This document shows positions 38,112 through 46,130 of a stretch of 64,000 nt of DNA, piece after piece (the stretch's first letter is position 1; each line of letters opens with the position of its first letter). The stretch lies in contig NZ_JBLXHF010000008.1 of assembly GCF_048259935.1 (NCBI RefSeq), forward strand, positions 25,631 to 89,630, given 5' to 3'. This stretch comes from Microbacterium sp. (lineage in GTDB: Bacteria; Actinomycetota; Actinomycetes; Actinomycetales; Microbacteriaceae). Under the pieces are notes generated by a model, which saw only the letters and a program-made list of their open reading frames with translations, searched no databases and had not been told where the DNA came from. Made by a program: the position numbers and the translations under genes.

Positions 38112-38895
38112 CCCCGATCGTACGGTGCCCGGCGCGCAGGCCGTGGCGCGTGCCGCCCGCCTGCTGCGACTGGTGACCTCCAGCGGCGAGGAGGGCGCAA
38201 CAGTGCAGTCCCTTGCGCGGTCCGCCGATCTCTCCCGATCGACCGCGCATCGACTGCTGAGCGCGCTGCGCGCCGAAGGACTCGTCGATCGCGACGAGGA
38301 AACTGCCCGATGGATGCCGGGACCGGAGCTGTTCCTCATGGGATCAGTGGCCGCAGCCCGTTACGACGTCACTGCACTCGCACGCGATATCGTCCGTTCG
38401 CTGGCTGTGAAGACCGAGGAGAGCGCATTCCTCTCGGTGCGCCGCGCCGACGAGACGGTCTGCCTGCTGCGCGAGGAAGGATCGTTCCCGATCCGCTCCT
38501 TCGTGCTGAGCGAAGGAGTGCGCTTCCCCCTCGGTGTTGCAAGCGCAGGGCTCGCCATCCTGTCTTTCCTCCCTGACCACGATGTGGATGCATACCTGGA
38601 ACGCCACCCAGAGCTCAGCGAACGCTGGGGACGCACGCACGGGCTCTCTCCGCTGCGCCGACGACTGGCCGAGACGAAGGAACGCGGCTACGCCGTGAAT
38701 CCCGGTCTCATTGTGAACGGCAGCTGGGGCATGGGGGCCGCGGTGTTCGACCGTGCGGGACGGCCGGAATGGGCGTTGAGCCTGACGGGGGTTGAGTTCC
38801 GATTCGGCCCTGATCGCCTGGCGGACCTAGGACGCACCCTCCTGGCGCACGCCCATCAGCTGTCCTCTCGCATCAGCAGCCGCACCGCCCACTGA
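38104..38895 (+). CDS. IclR-family transcriptional regulator (PcaR-like context)
   Basis: It contains ...[28 protein letters not shown]... (wHTH) and a C-terminal effector domain. It is divergent from the CoA-transferase/thiolase operon. The start could be 38104 or 38074. Confidence 0.85.
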   Translation: MDTPDRTVPGAQAVARAARLLRLVTSSGEEGATVQSLARSADLSRSTAHRLLSALRAEGLVDRDEETARWMPGPELFLMGSVAAARYDVTALARDIVRSLAVKTEESAFLSVRRADETVCLLREEGSFPIRSFVLSEGVRFPLGVASAGLAILSFLPDHDVDAYLERHPELSERWGRTHGLSPLRRRLAETKERGYAVNPGLIVNGSWGMGAAVFDRAGRPEWALSLTGVEFRFGPDRLADLGRTLLAHAHQLSSRISSRTAH

Positions 38896-38956
38896 GCACG
38901 GCTCAGATCACCTGGTGATGACGCGACCCGTTCCACGGGATTGCTACCGTGAGCAG

Positions 38957-39439
38957 ATGAGCGAGAGCATCCCCCTCCCCGAACGCAGTCGCATCGTCAA
39001 ACAGCACCTGGAGTCCGCTGGCATCGAGCCGAAGATCCGCGTACTTCCTGATTCCGCACGCACCGCCGCGGAAGCCGCTTCTGCCATCGGCTGCGATGTG
39101 GCAGCAATCGCCAACAGCCTGGTGCTTCTCGCTGACGGGGATCCGGTTGTCGTGATGACTAGCGGAGGACACCGAGCAGACTTCGCCGTGGTCGCGGCAT
39201 CCATCGGAGCAGACCACGTGGAGATGGCACCAGCATCCGTCGTGCGGCAGGCGACGGGGCAGGCGATCGGCGGCGTCGCACCAGTGGGTCACCCCGCGCC
39301 TCTGCGGGCATTCGTCGATGAGCAGCTGCGCGCTTTCGATGAGATCTGGGCAGCGGCGGGCCACCCGCACACGGTGATGCCGCTGACCTTCGAGACGCTG
39401 CAGAAGATCACCGGCGGCCAGGTCATCGCCGTCGCTTGA
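38957..39439 (+). CDS. YbaK/EbsC-type aminoacyl-tRNA editing (deacylase) domain protein
   Basis: Met15 of ORF 38915..39439. It contains ...ARTAAEAASAIGCDVAAIANSLVL...GGVAPVGH.... Confidence 0.7.
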   Translation: MSESIPLPERSRIVKQHLESAGIEPKIRVLPDSARTAAEAASAIGCDVAAIANSLVLLADGDPVVVMTSGGHRADFAVVAASIGADHVEMAPASVVRQATGQAIGGVAPVGHPAPLRAFVDEQLRAFDEIWAAAGHPHTVMPLTFETLQKITGGQVIAVA

Positions 39440-39475
39440 GCGGTCGCCCGCGCGGTCTCACCTCAGAAGCAGAAA

Positions 39476-39509
39476 AGCCTCAGAACACTGGCGAGAGTGT
39501 TCTGAGGCT
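39476..39509 (-). terminator. Intrinsic terminator downstream of tRNA-Lys
   Basis: agcctcagaacact-ggcgag-agtgttctgaggct, a perfect 14-bp stem, followed on the minus strand by TTTTCTGCTTC. Confidence 0.6.
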
Positions 39510-39515
39510 GATCCG

Positions 39516-39587
39516 TGCGCCCCCCCGGGCTCGAACCGGGAACCCATTGATTAAGAGTCAATTGCTCTGCCATTGAGCTAGAGGCGC
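39516..39587 (-). tRNA. tRNA-Lys (anticodon CTT), CCA not encoded
   Basis: The reverse complement is GCGCCTCTAGCTCAATGGCAGAGCAATTGACTCTTAATCAATGGGTTCCCGGTTCGAGCCCGGGGGGGCGCA. It gives a full cloverleaf with anticodon loop CTCTTAA. Confidence 0.9.
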
Positions 39588-39692
39588 TTGGCCCGGGAGA
39601 ACCCCGGCCGAGGAATTACATTACCAGCTTCTCCAGCGCATGCGAAATCGAGGCCGCATCCGCGTCGGCATCCCCCCGACTATCCTGAGAAC

Positions 39693-40496
39693 GTGACCGA
39701 AACACCCGCCGACACCGATTTCTCTGCCGATCTCGCGCTCGCACTCCGGCTTGCGGATGCCGCCGATTCCGAGTCGCTTCCGCGCTTCGACGCGAGCGAC
39801 CTGCAGATCTCGACGAAGGCCGACCGCTCGCACGTGACAGATGCGGATCTCGCGACCGAACGCGCCCTGCGGTCCGTTCTTGCGGAGGAGCGACCCTCCG
39901 ACGGCATCTTCGGCGAAGAGTTCGGCCTCGAGGGCGATGCGCGACGCCAATGGATCATCGATCCGATCGACGGCACCGCGAACTTCATGCGTGGCGTACC
40001 TCTCTGGGGCACGATGATCTCGCTCGCCGTCGACGGCGTGCCACAGGTCGGCGTGGTCAGCATGCCGGCTCTCGGACGCCGCTGGTGGGCGTCCACGGGA
40101 GCCGGTGCGTGGACTGCCGCGCACTCTGGCCCTCGTCGCCTCGAGACGTCCGCCGTCGCATCGCTGGACGATGCCGCGGTCAGTTTTCAGAGCATCACGC
40201 AGTGGGCGGATGCCGGGCATCTCCCCGATCTCCTCCGTGTCGCCGATCGCGTGTGGCGCGACCGCGCCTACGGCGACGTGTACAGCTACATGCTGCTCGC
40301 TGAAGGACGACTCGAGATGGTCGCGGAGTTCGACGTCAAGGAGTACGACATCGCAGCTGCCGTACCGATCGTGCGCGAAGCCGGCGGCATGTTCACCTCG
40401 TTCGACGGGGCCGACAGCATCTCAGAACGATCGGCACTGGCGACCAACGGCATCCTGCACGGCGAGTTCCTCACCCTCACACACGCAAACGACTGA
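39693..40496 (+). CDS. hisN: Inositol-monophosphatase-family protein, probable histidinol-phosphatase (HisN type)
   Basis: I prefer GTG at 39693 because the longer ORF start at 39588 abuts the tRNA. It contains ...EEFG...WIIDPIDGTANF...WDIAAA-type block (YDIAAAVPIVREAGG). Confidence 0.75.
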   Translation: MTETPADTDFSADLALALRLADAADSESLPRFDASDLQISTKADRSHVTDADLATERALRSVLAEERPSDGIFGEEFGLEGDARRQWIIDPIDGTANFMRGVPLWGTMISLAVDGVPQVGVVSMPALGRRWWASTGAGAWTAAHSGPRRLETSAVASLDDAAVSFQSITQWADAGHLPDLLRVADRVWRDRAYGDVYSYMLLAEGRLEMVAEFDVKEYDIAAAVPIVREAGGMFTSFDGADSISERSALATNGILHGEFLTLTHAND

Positions 40497-40508
40497 TCCG
40501 GAGATCCG

Positions 40509-41075
40509 ATGAACAGCCGCATCCCGACCGCTCTCAGTGCTCTCGCACTCGGTCTCGCGCTCACCGCGTGCGCCGCGGAGGCCGCACCTGCTCCCGAGAC
40601 ACCGGCACCGAGTGCCTCAACCCCCGCTCCGACGGCATCCCCCGCCCCCGTCAAAACCGAGGCTGTGAACGAGCCGGCCGCCGAGGCGACCTGCGAGACT
40701 CTCATCGCACCGAGCACCATCGAGATCTTCGACACGCACGGATGGACGTTCAAGGAGCGCGAATTCCGAATCGGCGGCGAGGTGGTCGAGGGCGGACTGG
40801 AGTGCGTCTGGGGCGACTACACCGTCGCATCCGATCATGTTCAGGTCTTCGGCTGGGCACCATTGGCAGCATCCGAATCCGCGGCGATGCAGCAGAAGCT
40901 GCTGACAGAAGGATGGACCCGCGTCGACGAGGGCGATCACCACTACATCACCGAGGATCCGGCATACTCGATCGCGGTCGATGAGGCAGGCTTCGGTATG
41001 ACCTACGAGTTCGGGGACGGCTGGGTGACGCTCGCCGATACGAAACAGGGGCTGATCCTGATCACCCATCCGTGA
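40509..41075 (+). CDS. Lipoprotein (188 aa) with a Pro/Ala-rich linker
   Basis: MNSRIPTALSALALGLALTAC carries a lipobox. Confidence 0.7.
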   Translation: MNSRIPTALSALALGLALTACAAEAAPAPETPAPSASTPAPTASPAPVKTEAVNEPAAEATCETLIAPSTIEIFDTHGWTFKEREFRIGGEVVEGGLECVWGDYTVASDHVQVFGWAPLAASESAAMQQKLLTEGWTRVDEGDHHYITEDPAYSIAVDEAGFGMTYEFGDGWVTLADTKQGLILITHP

Positions 41076-41083
41076 GGTGACGA

Positions 41084-41122
41084 AGACCCTCGCGTTCAGG
41101 GGAGCTCCGAACGCGAGGGTCT
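41084..41122. terminator. Hairpin between convergent genes
   Basis: agaccctcgcgtt-13 nt-aacgcgagggtct, a perfect 13-bp stem. Confidence 0.5.
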
Positions 41123-41140
41123 GTTCACTCGAGCGTCAAC

Positions 41141-41293
41141 TCAACCGCCAGACGGGTTCTCCAAAGGCTTACCCTCATCGTCGGTGGTCTCCCGCTCGAG
41201 AACCTCATCCGCATCTTCAGGCGCTCCTCCGGAAGCATTGTCCGCTTCTTCGTTGGGACCCGGGGTGCCGTGAGTGTTCTGTGGATCGCTCAT
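41141..41293 (-). CDS. Small acidic protein (50 aa)
   Basis: Met16 of ORF 41141..41338 has AGAGGAG upstream. It reads MSDPQNTHGTPGPNEEADNASGGAPEDADEVLERETTDDEGKPLENPSGG. Confidence 0.4.
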   Translation of the reverse strand: MSDPQNTHGTPGPNEEADNASGGAPEDADEVLERETTDDEGKPLENPSGG

Positions 41294-41427
41294 CACATCT
41301 CCTCTGCTCGTTCGGGCGAGCGTATGCCCACCGCCCATCGGCCTGTGAGGGGGTTGACGCGCAATCCCCGGGCGGGGACACTGTCCGCGCTACGGAGCAG
41401 AGCACGGGAGTCGAGCCCAAGAAGAAA

Positions 41428-41464
41428 CCCCCGCGATCCTTACTCTCGTAAGGGATCGCGGGGG
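41428..41464 (-). terminator. Intrinsic terminator sitting 20 nt downstream of the orphan ...CTCCACCA 3' end
   Basis: cccccgcgatccttac-tctc-gtaagggatcgcggggg, a 16-bp stem with one bulge, followed on the minus strand by TTTCTTCTT. Confidence 0.6.
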
Positions 41465-41484
41465 TTATCCACAGTGACAGCGGG

Positions 41485-41508
41485 TGGTGGAGCTGGGGGG
41501 AATCGAAC
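41485..41508 (-). other. Orphan 3' end of a tmRNA (ssrA) or tRNA-Ala-like gene: candidate att site (island/chromosome junction)
   Basis: The minus strand reads GTTCGATTCCCCCCAGCTCCACCA: T-loop, 3' T-stem, an acceptor arm that would pair with GGGGCTG (G3:U70 alanine identity), discriminator A and CCA. The upstream sequence (GGCATAG) cannot form the 5' T-stem, so only the last 24 nt or so of the gene are present. Confidence 0.6.
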
Positions 41509-41632
41509 TATGCCAGGCGCCCGCACAATTCCGGCCCCATTGCGCAACATTCACGGAATGATCAGCTTCTCAGCTGAATTCACAACTGTTCCAGCCTACT
41601 GAGTCGAGTTCGTACGGACTGGTTCCGCTCAG

Positions 41633-41654
41633 ATGTGGGCAAAATGTGGGCAAA
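41633..41654 (+). repeat. Perfect tandem duplication ATGTGGGCAAA x2
   Basis: Direct reading: 41633-41643 and 41644-41654, about 125 bp inside the island from the att-like core. Confidence 0.85.
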
Positions 41655-41719
41655 TAAAGCGCTATCGCCACGACGCCAGGTTCACCCGCGTCACGAGCAG
41701 CGAGACACCAAGTCAGCCG

Positions 41720-43156
41720 GGTGCGTCTCGTAGTGTGGTGTCACTTCCTGCGGGGTTCTCGTCGGCGTAGATGATGAGGGGCCATCGTGGGATGACCAGT
41801 TGTTTCCGGCAAGAAGCAAAGAAGAGATCCCACGATGACCCACAACCAGTCTGCCTTGACGACCCTGATCGGTGAAGTCCTCGCTGATCCCGACCTCGCC
41901 CACTCCGACGTGTTCCGTCGGATGCTGCAGGCCGGGCTGCAGGATCTGATCAACGCGGAAGCGACCGTGAAGATCGGCGCGGCACCGCACGAGCGCACCC
42001 CGGAGCGGACCACCCGTCGCAACGGCACCCGCCCGAAGACGCTCGCGACCCCGGCCGGGGAGGTCGACCTGGCCATCCCGAAGCTGCGGGAGGGATCATT
42101 CTTCCCCTCGCTGCTGCACCCGCGGAGGCGGGTCGACAAGGCCCTCTACACGGTGATCTGCCAAGCCTGGATCGACGGGGTCTCCACCCGCAAGGTCGAC
42201 CAGCTCGTCCGCGCGTTGGGCAACGACACCGGCATCTCGAGGTCCACGGTGTCGAGGATCTGCGGCGAGATCGACGAGGCCGTGCACGAGTTCCTTTCCC
42301 GCCGGATCGATCACACCTGGTTCCCGTATCTGTTTCTGGACGCTACCTACCTCGACGTCCGGGTTCGCGGTCGGGTGGTCTCCCAAGCCCTCGTCGTCGC
42401 CACCGGCGTGAGCGGGGAAGGGCGGCGGGAGATCCTCGGGATGGCGCTGGGCGACGCGGAGACCACCGACTTCTGGACCGAGTTCCTCCGCGGGCTCCGT
42501 GACCGCGGGCTGAAGATCGCGACCGACACTGATCCGCTGGGCGTGACCCTGGCCACCAGCGACGCGCACGCCGGCATCAAAGCCGCCGTCAAAGCGATCC
42601 TGCCCGGATCCGGCTGGCAGCGCTGCCGAGTGCACTTCGCTCGCAACGTCACCCAGCGGCTCGGCTCCGCCCGTTCCAAGCCCGTCAACGCGCTGATCTC
42701 CACGATCTTCGCGCAAACCACCCCGGAAGCTGTGATCGGCCAGTATCACCAAGTCGCCGACAGCCTCAGGGGCTCGTTCCCCGAGATCGCCGCCATGCTC
42801 GAGGCCGCCGAACCCGACCTCACCGGCTTCGCCACGCTGCCCCGCGAGCACTGGCAGAAGGTCTGGTCTAACAACCCCATCGAACGGTTGAACCGGGAGA
42901 TCAAACGCCGCGCGGACGTCGTCCAGATCTTCCCCGACCGTGACTCCGTGACACGTCTGATCGGCGCCGTCTTGCAAGAGCAGCACGAGGAATGGACCTA
43001 CGGCGAACGCCGCTACTTCTCCGACGTCTCCATGCGCAAACTCGTCCACAGCCTCCACGACCACACCGAGCCCGCCCGCCCCGAGCTTCTCCTGACCGCC
43101 TGACCATCACCCATCAACGGAACAACCGGAGTGACACCACTCAACGGGACTTGACC
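41720..43156 (+). mobile_element. IS256-family insertion sequence (1,437 bp) flanked by the 9-bp target-site duplication AGTCAGCCG
   Basis: The TSD lies at 41711-41719 and 43157-43165. IRL is GGTGCGTCTCGTAGTGTGGTGTCACT. The reverse complement of IRR is GGTCAAGTCCCGTTGAGTGGTGTCACT. It contains a single transposase ORF. Confidence 0.85.
41835..43103 (+). CDS. IS256-family (Transposase_mut) transposase
   Basis: 422 aa. It contains ...RNGTRPKTLATPAGEVDLAIPKLREGSFFPSLL...GVSTRKVDQLV...FLDATYLDVR...SDAHAGIKAAV...WQRCRVHFARN...NPIERLNREIKRR. Confidence 0.95.
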   Translation: MTHNQSALTTLIGEVLADPDLAHSDVFRRMLQAGLQDLINAEATVKIGAAPHERTPERTTRRNGTRPKTLATPAGEVDLAIPKLREGSFFPSLLHPRRRVDKALYTVICQAWIDGVSTRKVDQLVRALGNDTGISRSTVSRICGEIDEAVHEFLSRRIDHTWFPYLFLDATYLDVRVRGRVVSQALVVATGVSGEGRREILGMALGDAETTDFWTEFLRGLRDRGLKIATDTDPLGVTLATSDAHAGIKAAVKAILPGSGWQRCRVHFARNVTQRLGSARSKPVNALISTIFAQTTPEAVIGQYHQVADSLRGSFPEIAAMLEAAEPDLTGFATLPREHWQKVWSNNPIERLNREIKRRADVVQIFPDRDSVTRLIGAVLQEQHEEWTYGERRYFSDVSMRKLVHSLHDHTEPARPELLLTA

Positions 43157-43397
43157 AGTCAGCCGGCCTTTGCTACATCGCAACGGCCGTATACGGTTCC
43201 TACGACGCGGCAGAGGTTCTCGTCCTTCGCAAGTTTAGGGATGAACGTCTGAACTCGACTGCTCCCGGCAGGCTACTTGTCCGCATCTATTATTCGCTCA
43301 GCCCTCGCATCGCAGGCGCGTTCCGAGAACGACGCGTCGTAAATAGAACCGCGAAGCACATACTCGATCGGATCGTCGGAGGGCTACGGGTTCGTCA

Positions 43398-43616
43398 TCA
43401 AGCACAGGAGCACGAGCGGCGATCACGCACCTGAGCCATCGCTAACGATCGAGTCTCCCCGCGACACTCGGCGTGTGTCCGCCGCTCATGAGCATCCAGC
43501 GCCCCGACATGGACACCGAAATCCTTCGCTATCTGCGCGAGAGTGACCTCCGGATCACGCTGCTGCGCGACACGGACCACGTCATCGTGAAACTCCCTGG
43601 GAAACGACCTTGGCAT
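43398..43616 (-). pseudogene. N-terminal fragment of an IS3-family OrfA transposase
   Basis: MPRSFPREFHDDVVRVAQQRDPEVTLAQIAKDFGVHVGAL... matches the IS3 OrfA HTH. The similarity then decays, and there is no OrfB or IRs. Confidence 0.55.
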
Positions 43617-43655
43617 GATGACATCCTTCCAGGCCAGCCCTCCGGGCTAGCCAAC

Positions 43656-43838
43656 TCAGCTGTCACCTATCCGTGCAGCAGTCCCGTGATCGGCGGTGGG
43701 TTCCACGTCATGCGGCTCAGTGTACCGACGCCCCAGCACGTCCACATAGACCCGGCACGGCTGGCAGTACCACCACGCGGCGCGGGGCTGCATAGGCCCA
43801 AGGCAGTCGGGGCAGTTCGGGGTATCTAGCTCATCCAT
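43656..43838 (-). CDS. Small zinc-ribbon protein (60 aa)
   Basis: CPDC...(13)...CQPC, a four-Cys ribbon. It lies downstream of the wHTH gene on the same strand. Confidence 0.4.
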   Translation of the reverse strand: MDELDTPNCPDCLGPMQPRAAWWYCQPCRVYVDVLGRRYTEPHDVEPTADHGTAARIGDS

Positions 43839-43876
43839 CGGTAGTACCTTTTCGCAATTGTGTGCGGGAAGTACAG

Positions 43877-44251
43877 CTAGATCTCCCCGATCTCCTGCCC
43901 CAGCCGCAGATAGATCTCCGTGACCGCCTCATCGTTGATGCGATACACGACCCACTCTCCGCGCTTGCGCTCACCACGGGGAGGATCGGCAAGAAGTAGG
44001 CCTGCCGCTTCAAGCTCGCCGAGGTAGGGAACCAGCGTCGAGTGCGGCACCTGTAGCGCATCAGCGACGGCTTTACGCCCAACGTTGGGTGTCTTGCGGA
44101 GTTGGCGAATGACGCCAGCCATCACACGGTTGCCCAGAATCGCGAGGGGGCCTTCGGCTCCGTCGCCGTCAACAGGTCGCGCGTACTTTGGCATCTTCCC
44201 ATTCTGCTCGTCAGCGCACAGCGCGTCCAGGAAACCGCACCGATTAACCAT
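43877..44251 (-). CDS. Winged-HTH (ArsR/MarR-like) transcriptional regulator of the ICE
   Basis: ...RVMAGVIRQLRKTPNVGRKAVADALQVPHSTLVPYLGELEAAGLLLADPP...WVVYRIN. An alternative start is Met20 (44194). Confidence 0.6.
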   Translation of the reverse strand: MVNRCGFLDALCADEQNGKMPKYARPVDGDGAEGPLAILGNRVMAGVIRQLRKTPNVGRKAVADALQVPHSTLVPYLGELEAAGLLLADPPRGERKRGEWVVYRINDEAVTEIYLRLGQEIGEI

Positions 44252-44471
44252 TTACTTGTGAAGTGAACGGGTGTACCGTTCAGATCATGATCAGGGCAAC
44301 GAAGCCGAATCCGCTCCATTCCACGGGGCGTTCTGCGAGCTTGTCCCCCAAATGGCCTACAGACGTCGCGAACCGGATTGCGATATCGTCCACTTCGTCA
44401 CTGCGGCGCATGCCGGGGCAGTGCAGACCGCGCATCACCGCCATCCTGACGGCTCGGGAGGGCTGACCATC

Positions 44472-45206
44472 GTGGCCAGGGAACGGAAGCACGGACGTGG
44501 TCCACTGTGGGCGTGGACGGGCGGCGGCGTGCTGGTCGCCGGAGTCGTGGCGATCATCATCAGTTCGTTTGTGAACTCTCAAGGCCCAACATCCACGCCA
44601 CCTGAGACAGTAAAGCGACCTGCGTCTGCATCCGCTCCACCCGCTGAGGCAACCTCGGAGGTCGTCGATCCGTCGGTCGCCGATCGCGGATGGGTTCCGG
44701 AACCCATCACCACCGATGCCGACGCGTACATCCGCGATGCCCTCGAAGCAGCAGCAACATTCGACCCGCAGCTCAGCGATCGCGACGCATGGCTGACGTA
44801 CCTGGACACTTGGTTCACTCCCGATACCCGATACACGTCGGAGTCCGACCAACGAGATGCGATGGCAACGGCCCAGCTGGAATTGCGCCAGTCGATCGTG
44901 CTTCCGGAGAACGATTGGACATCGCTCGGGAGCGAGAAGGGACGCGTCATTGCCACAGTGAACGGCGAGATCGACTACGTCCCGGTGTTGGAGGACCCGG
45001 CCGGGCAAATGAAGATCGGCACAGCCGACGTCGTCCTCACTTTCACTCGCGTCGATGGCGACGGCACCGAGCACTCGTACGACGAACAGGTGCGGGTGAG
45101 CGTTCAAGTGCTGTGTGGTGGCGAGTCGGTCCCCACTCCGAACAGCGATCAACAGCCCGGAGATTGCAAGGTCGTCCGTTACTTCCCGGAGCCGATGGAG
45201 CCCTGA
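44472..45206 (+). CDS. Membrane-anchored (single N-terminal TM) extracytoplasmic protein, first gene of the transfer operon
   Basis: ORF 44271..45206. I prefer GTG at 44472 (GGGAGGG 9 nt upstream). The TM is GVLVAGVVAIIISSFV, followed by a Pro/Ser linker. ATG at 44352 is also possible. Confidence 0.5.
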   Translation: MARERKHGRGPLWAWTGGGVLVAGVVAIIISSFVNSQGPTSTPPETVKRPASASAPPAEATSEVVDPSVADRGWVPEPITTDADAYIRDALEAAATFDPQLSDRDAWLTYLDTWFTPDTRYTSESDQRDAMATAQLELRQSIVLPENDWTSLGSEKGRVIATVNGEIDYVPVLEDPAGQMKIGTADVVLTFTRVDGDGTEHSYDEQVRVSVQVLCGGESVPTPNSDQQPGDCKVVRYFPEPMEP

Positions 45207-45207
45207 C

Positions 45208-45825
45208 GTGGGCGCACCGGTACTGGCTATTCCGGCCCTCGCGACGTCGAGGACCGGCCGCCGGATCGTGGTCGCCTTCTTCAGCACCGTCGCGCTCGTC
45301 GCATTGGTGGCGTTCGCGCCACTGATCGCCATTCCCCTGGCGCTGGCGGGCTACTCGCTGCCGACAGTGCAGACCACTCTTCCCGGTCCCGCACCTGTGG
45401 CGAGCGGCGACTGGGGATACCCCCTCGCCGGCGAATATTCCAAGGGCCGGGGTTTCGGCTACAACCCCATCGACGGCTGCAGCTACTGCTCGAGCGACCA
45501 CGAAGGCTACGACATGGCACAGGGGTGCGGAAGCACCATCTATGCCGCTGGCGGTGGCGTGGTGATCGTGTCTGGAGAGCATTACGGCTACGGCAATACC
45601 GTCCGGATCGACCACGGATCCGGCGTTGAAACCCTCTACGGGCACATGCAATGGGGCTCACTCCGCGTCGCCGTCGGTGAACACATCGCCGCGGGAACGC
45701 CGCTCGGCGCGGAAGGCAACACTGGCAACTCGTTCGGATGCCATCTGCATTACGAGGTCCGCAGGGACGGTGTCGCCATCGACGCAGAACCATTCATGGC
45801 CGCTCTCGGCCTACCACTGAAGTGA
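45208..45825 (+). CDS. M23 (LytM-type) metallopeptidase, cell-wall hydrolase of the mating apparatus
   Basis: GTG at 45208, 2 nt after the upstream stop. It has an N-terminal TM, then HEGYD (HxxxD) and GCHLHYEV (HxH). Confidence 0.85.
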   Translation: MGAPVLAIPALATSRTGRRIVVAFFSTVALVALVAFAPLIAIPLALAGYSLPTVQTTLPGPAPVASGDWGYPLAGEYSKGRGFGYNPIDGCSYCSSDHEGYDMAQGCGSTIYAAGGGVVIVSGEHYGYGNTVRIDHGSGVETLYGHMQWGSLRVAVGEHIAAGTPLGAEGNTGNSFGCHLHYEVRRDGVAIDAEPFMAALGLPLK

Positions 45826-45842
45826 TCCAGAAGGAGAAGACC

Positions 45843-46130
45843 ATGAAACTGCCAGCCGACGTCACCATCCCGGACATCAGTCCGGACTTCTCAGCTCCGT
45901 TCTTCCAAGGCTTCCAAGTCCTCGCGTCCTACATTCTCGCCGGCGCCATGATCGTGGTATTCATCATGTTGATCATCGCTGGTGCGGCACTCGCGTTTCG
46001 CGGCTTGGCGTCAGATCGTGTACGAACGTGGGCCGGAGAGAACATCCTCTGGATCTTCATCGCCGCCGCGGTGCTGGGCGCAGCGAGCGGCCTGTTCGCC
46101 TGGTTTGTGAACTTCGACTTCGGCTTCTGA
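45843..46130 (+). CDS. Small 2-TM membrane protein (95 aa; VirB2/TrbC-like position)
   Basis: Met36 of ORF 45738..46130, with GAAGGAG upstream. It has two hydrophobic helices. Confidence 0.5.
   Translation: MKLPADVTIPDISPDFSAPFFQGFQVLASYILAGAMIVVFIMLIIAGAALAFRGLASDRVRTWAGENILWIFIAAAVLGAASGLFAWFVNFDFGF

Noticed and set aside
36567-38339. 590-aa minus-strand ORF suggesting one large protein
   Set aside because: Only its C-terminal 217 aa (from the ATG at 37220) match CoA-transferase subunit B. The upstream part is an out-of-frame read-through across subunit A (37223..37999) and the IclR promoter region.
41485-41565. Possibility that a complete tRNA or tmRNA gene ends at 41485
   Set aside because: The bases 5' of TTCGATT (GGCATAG) cannot pair with CCCCCC to form a T-stem. 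No D-arm, anticodon arm, tmRNA pseudoknots or tag ORF could be found in the next 400 nt. Only a 3' fragment is present.
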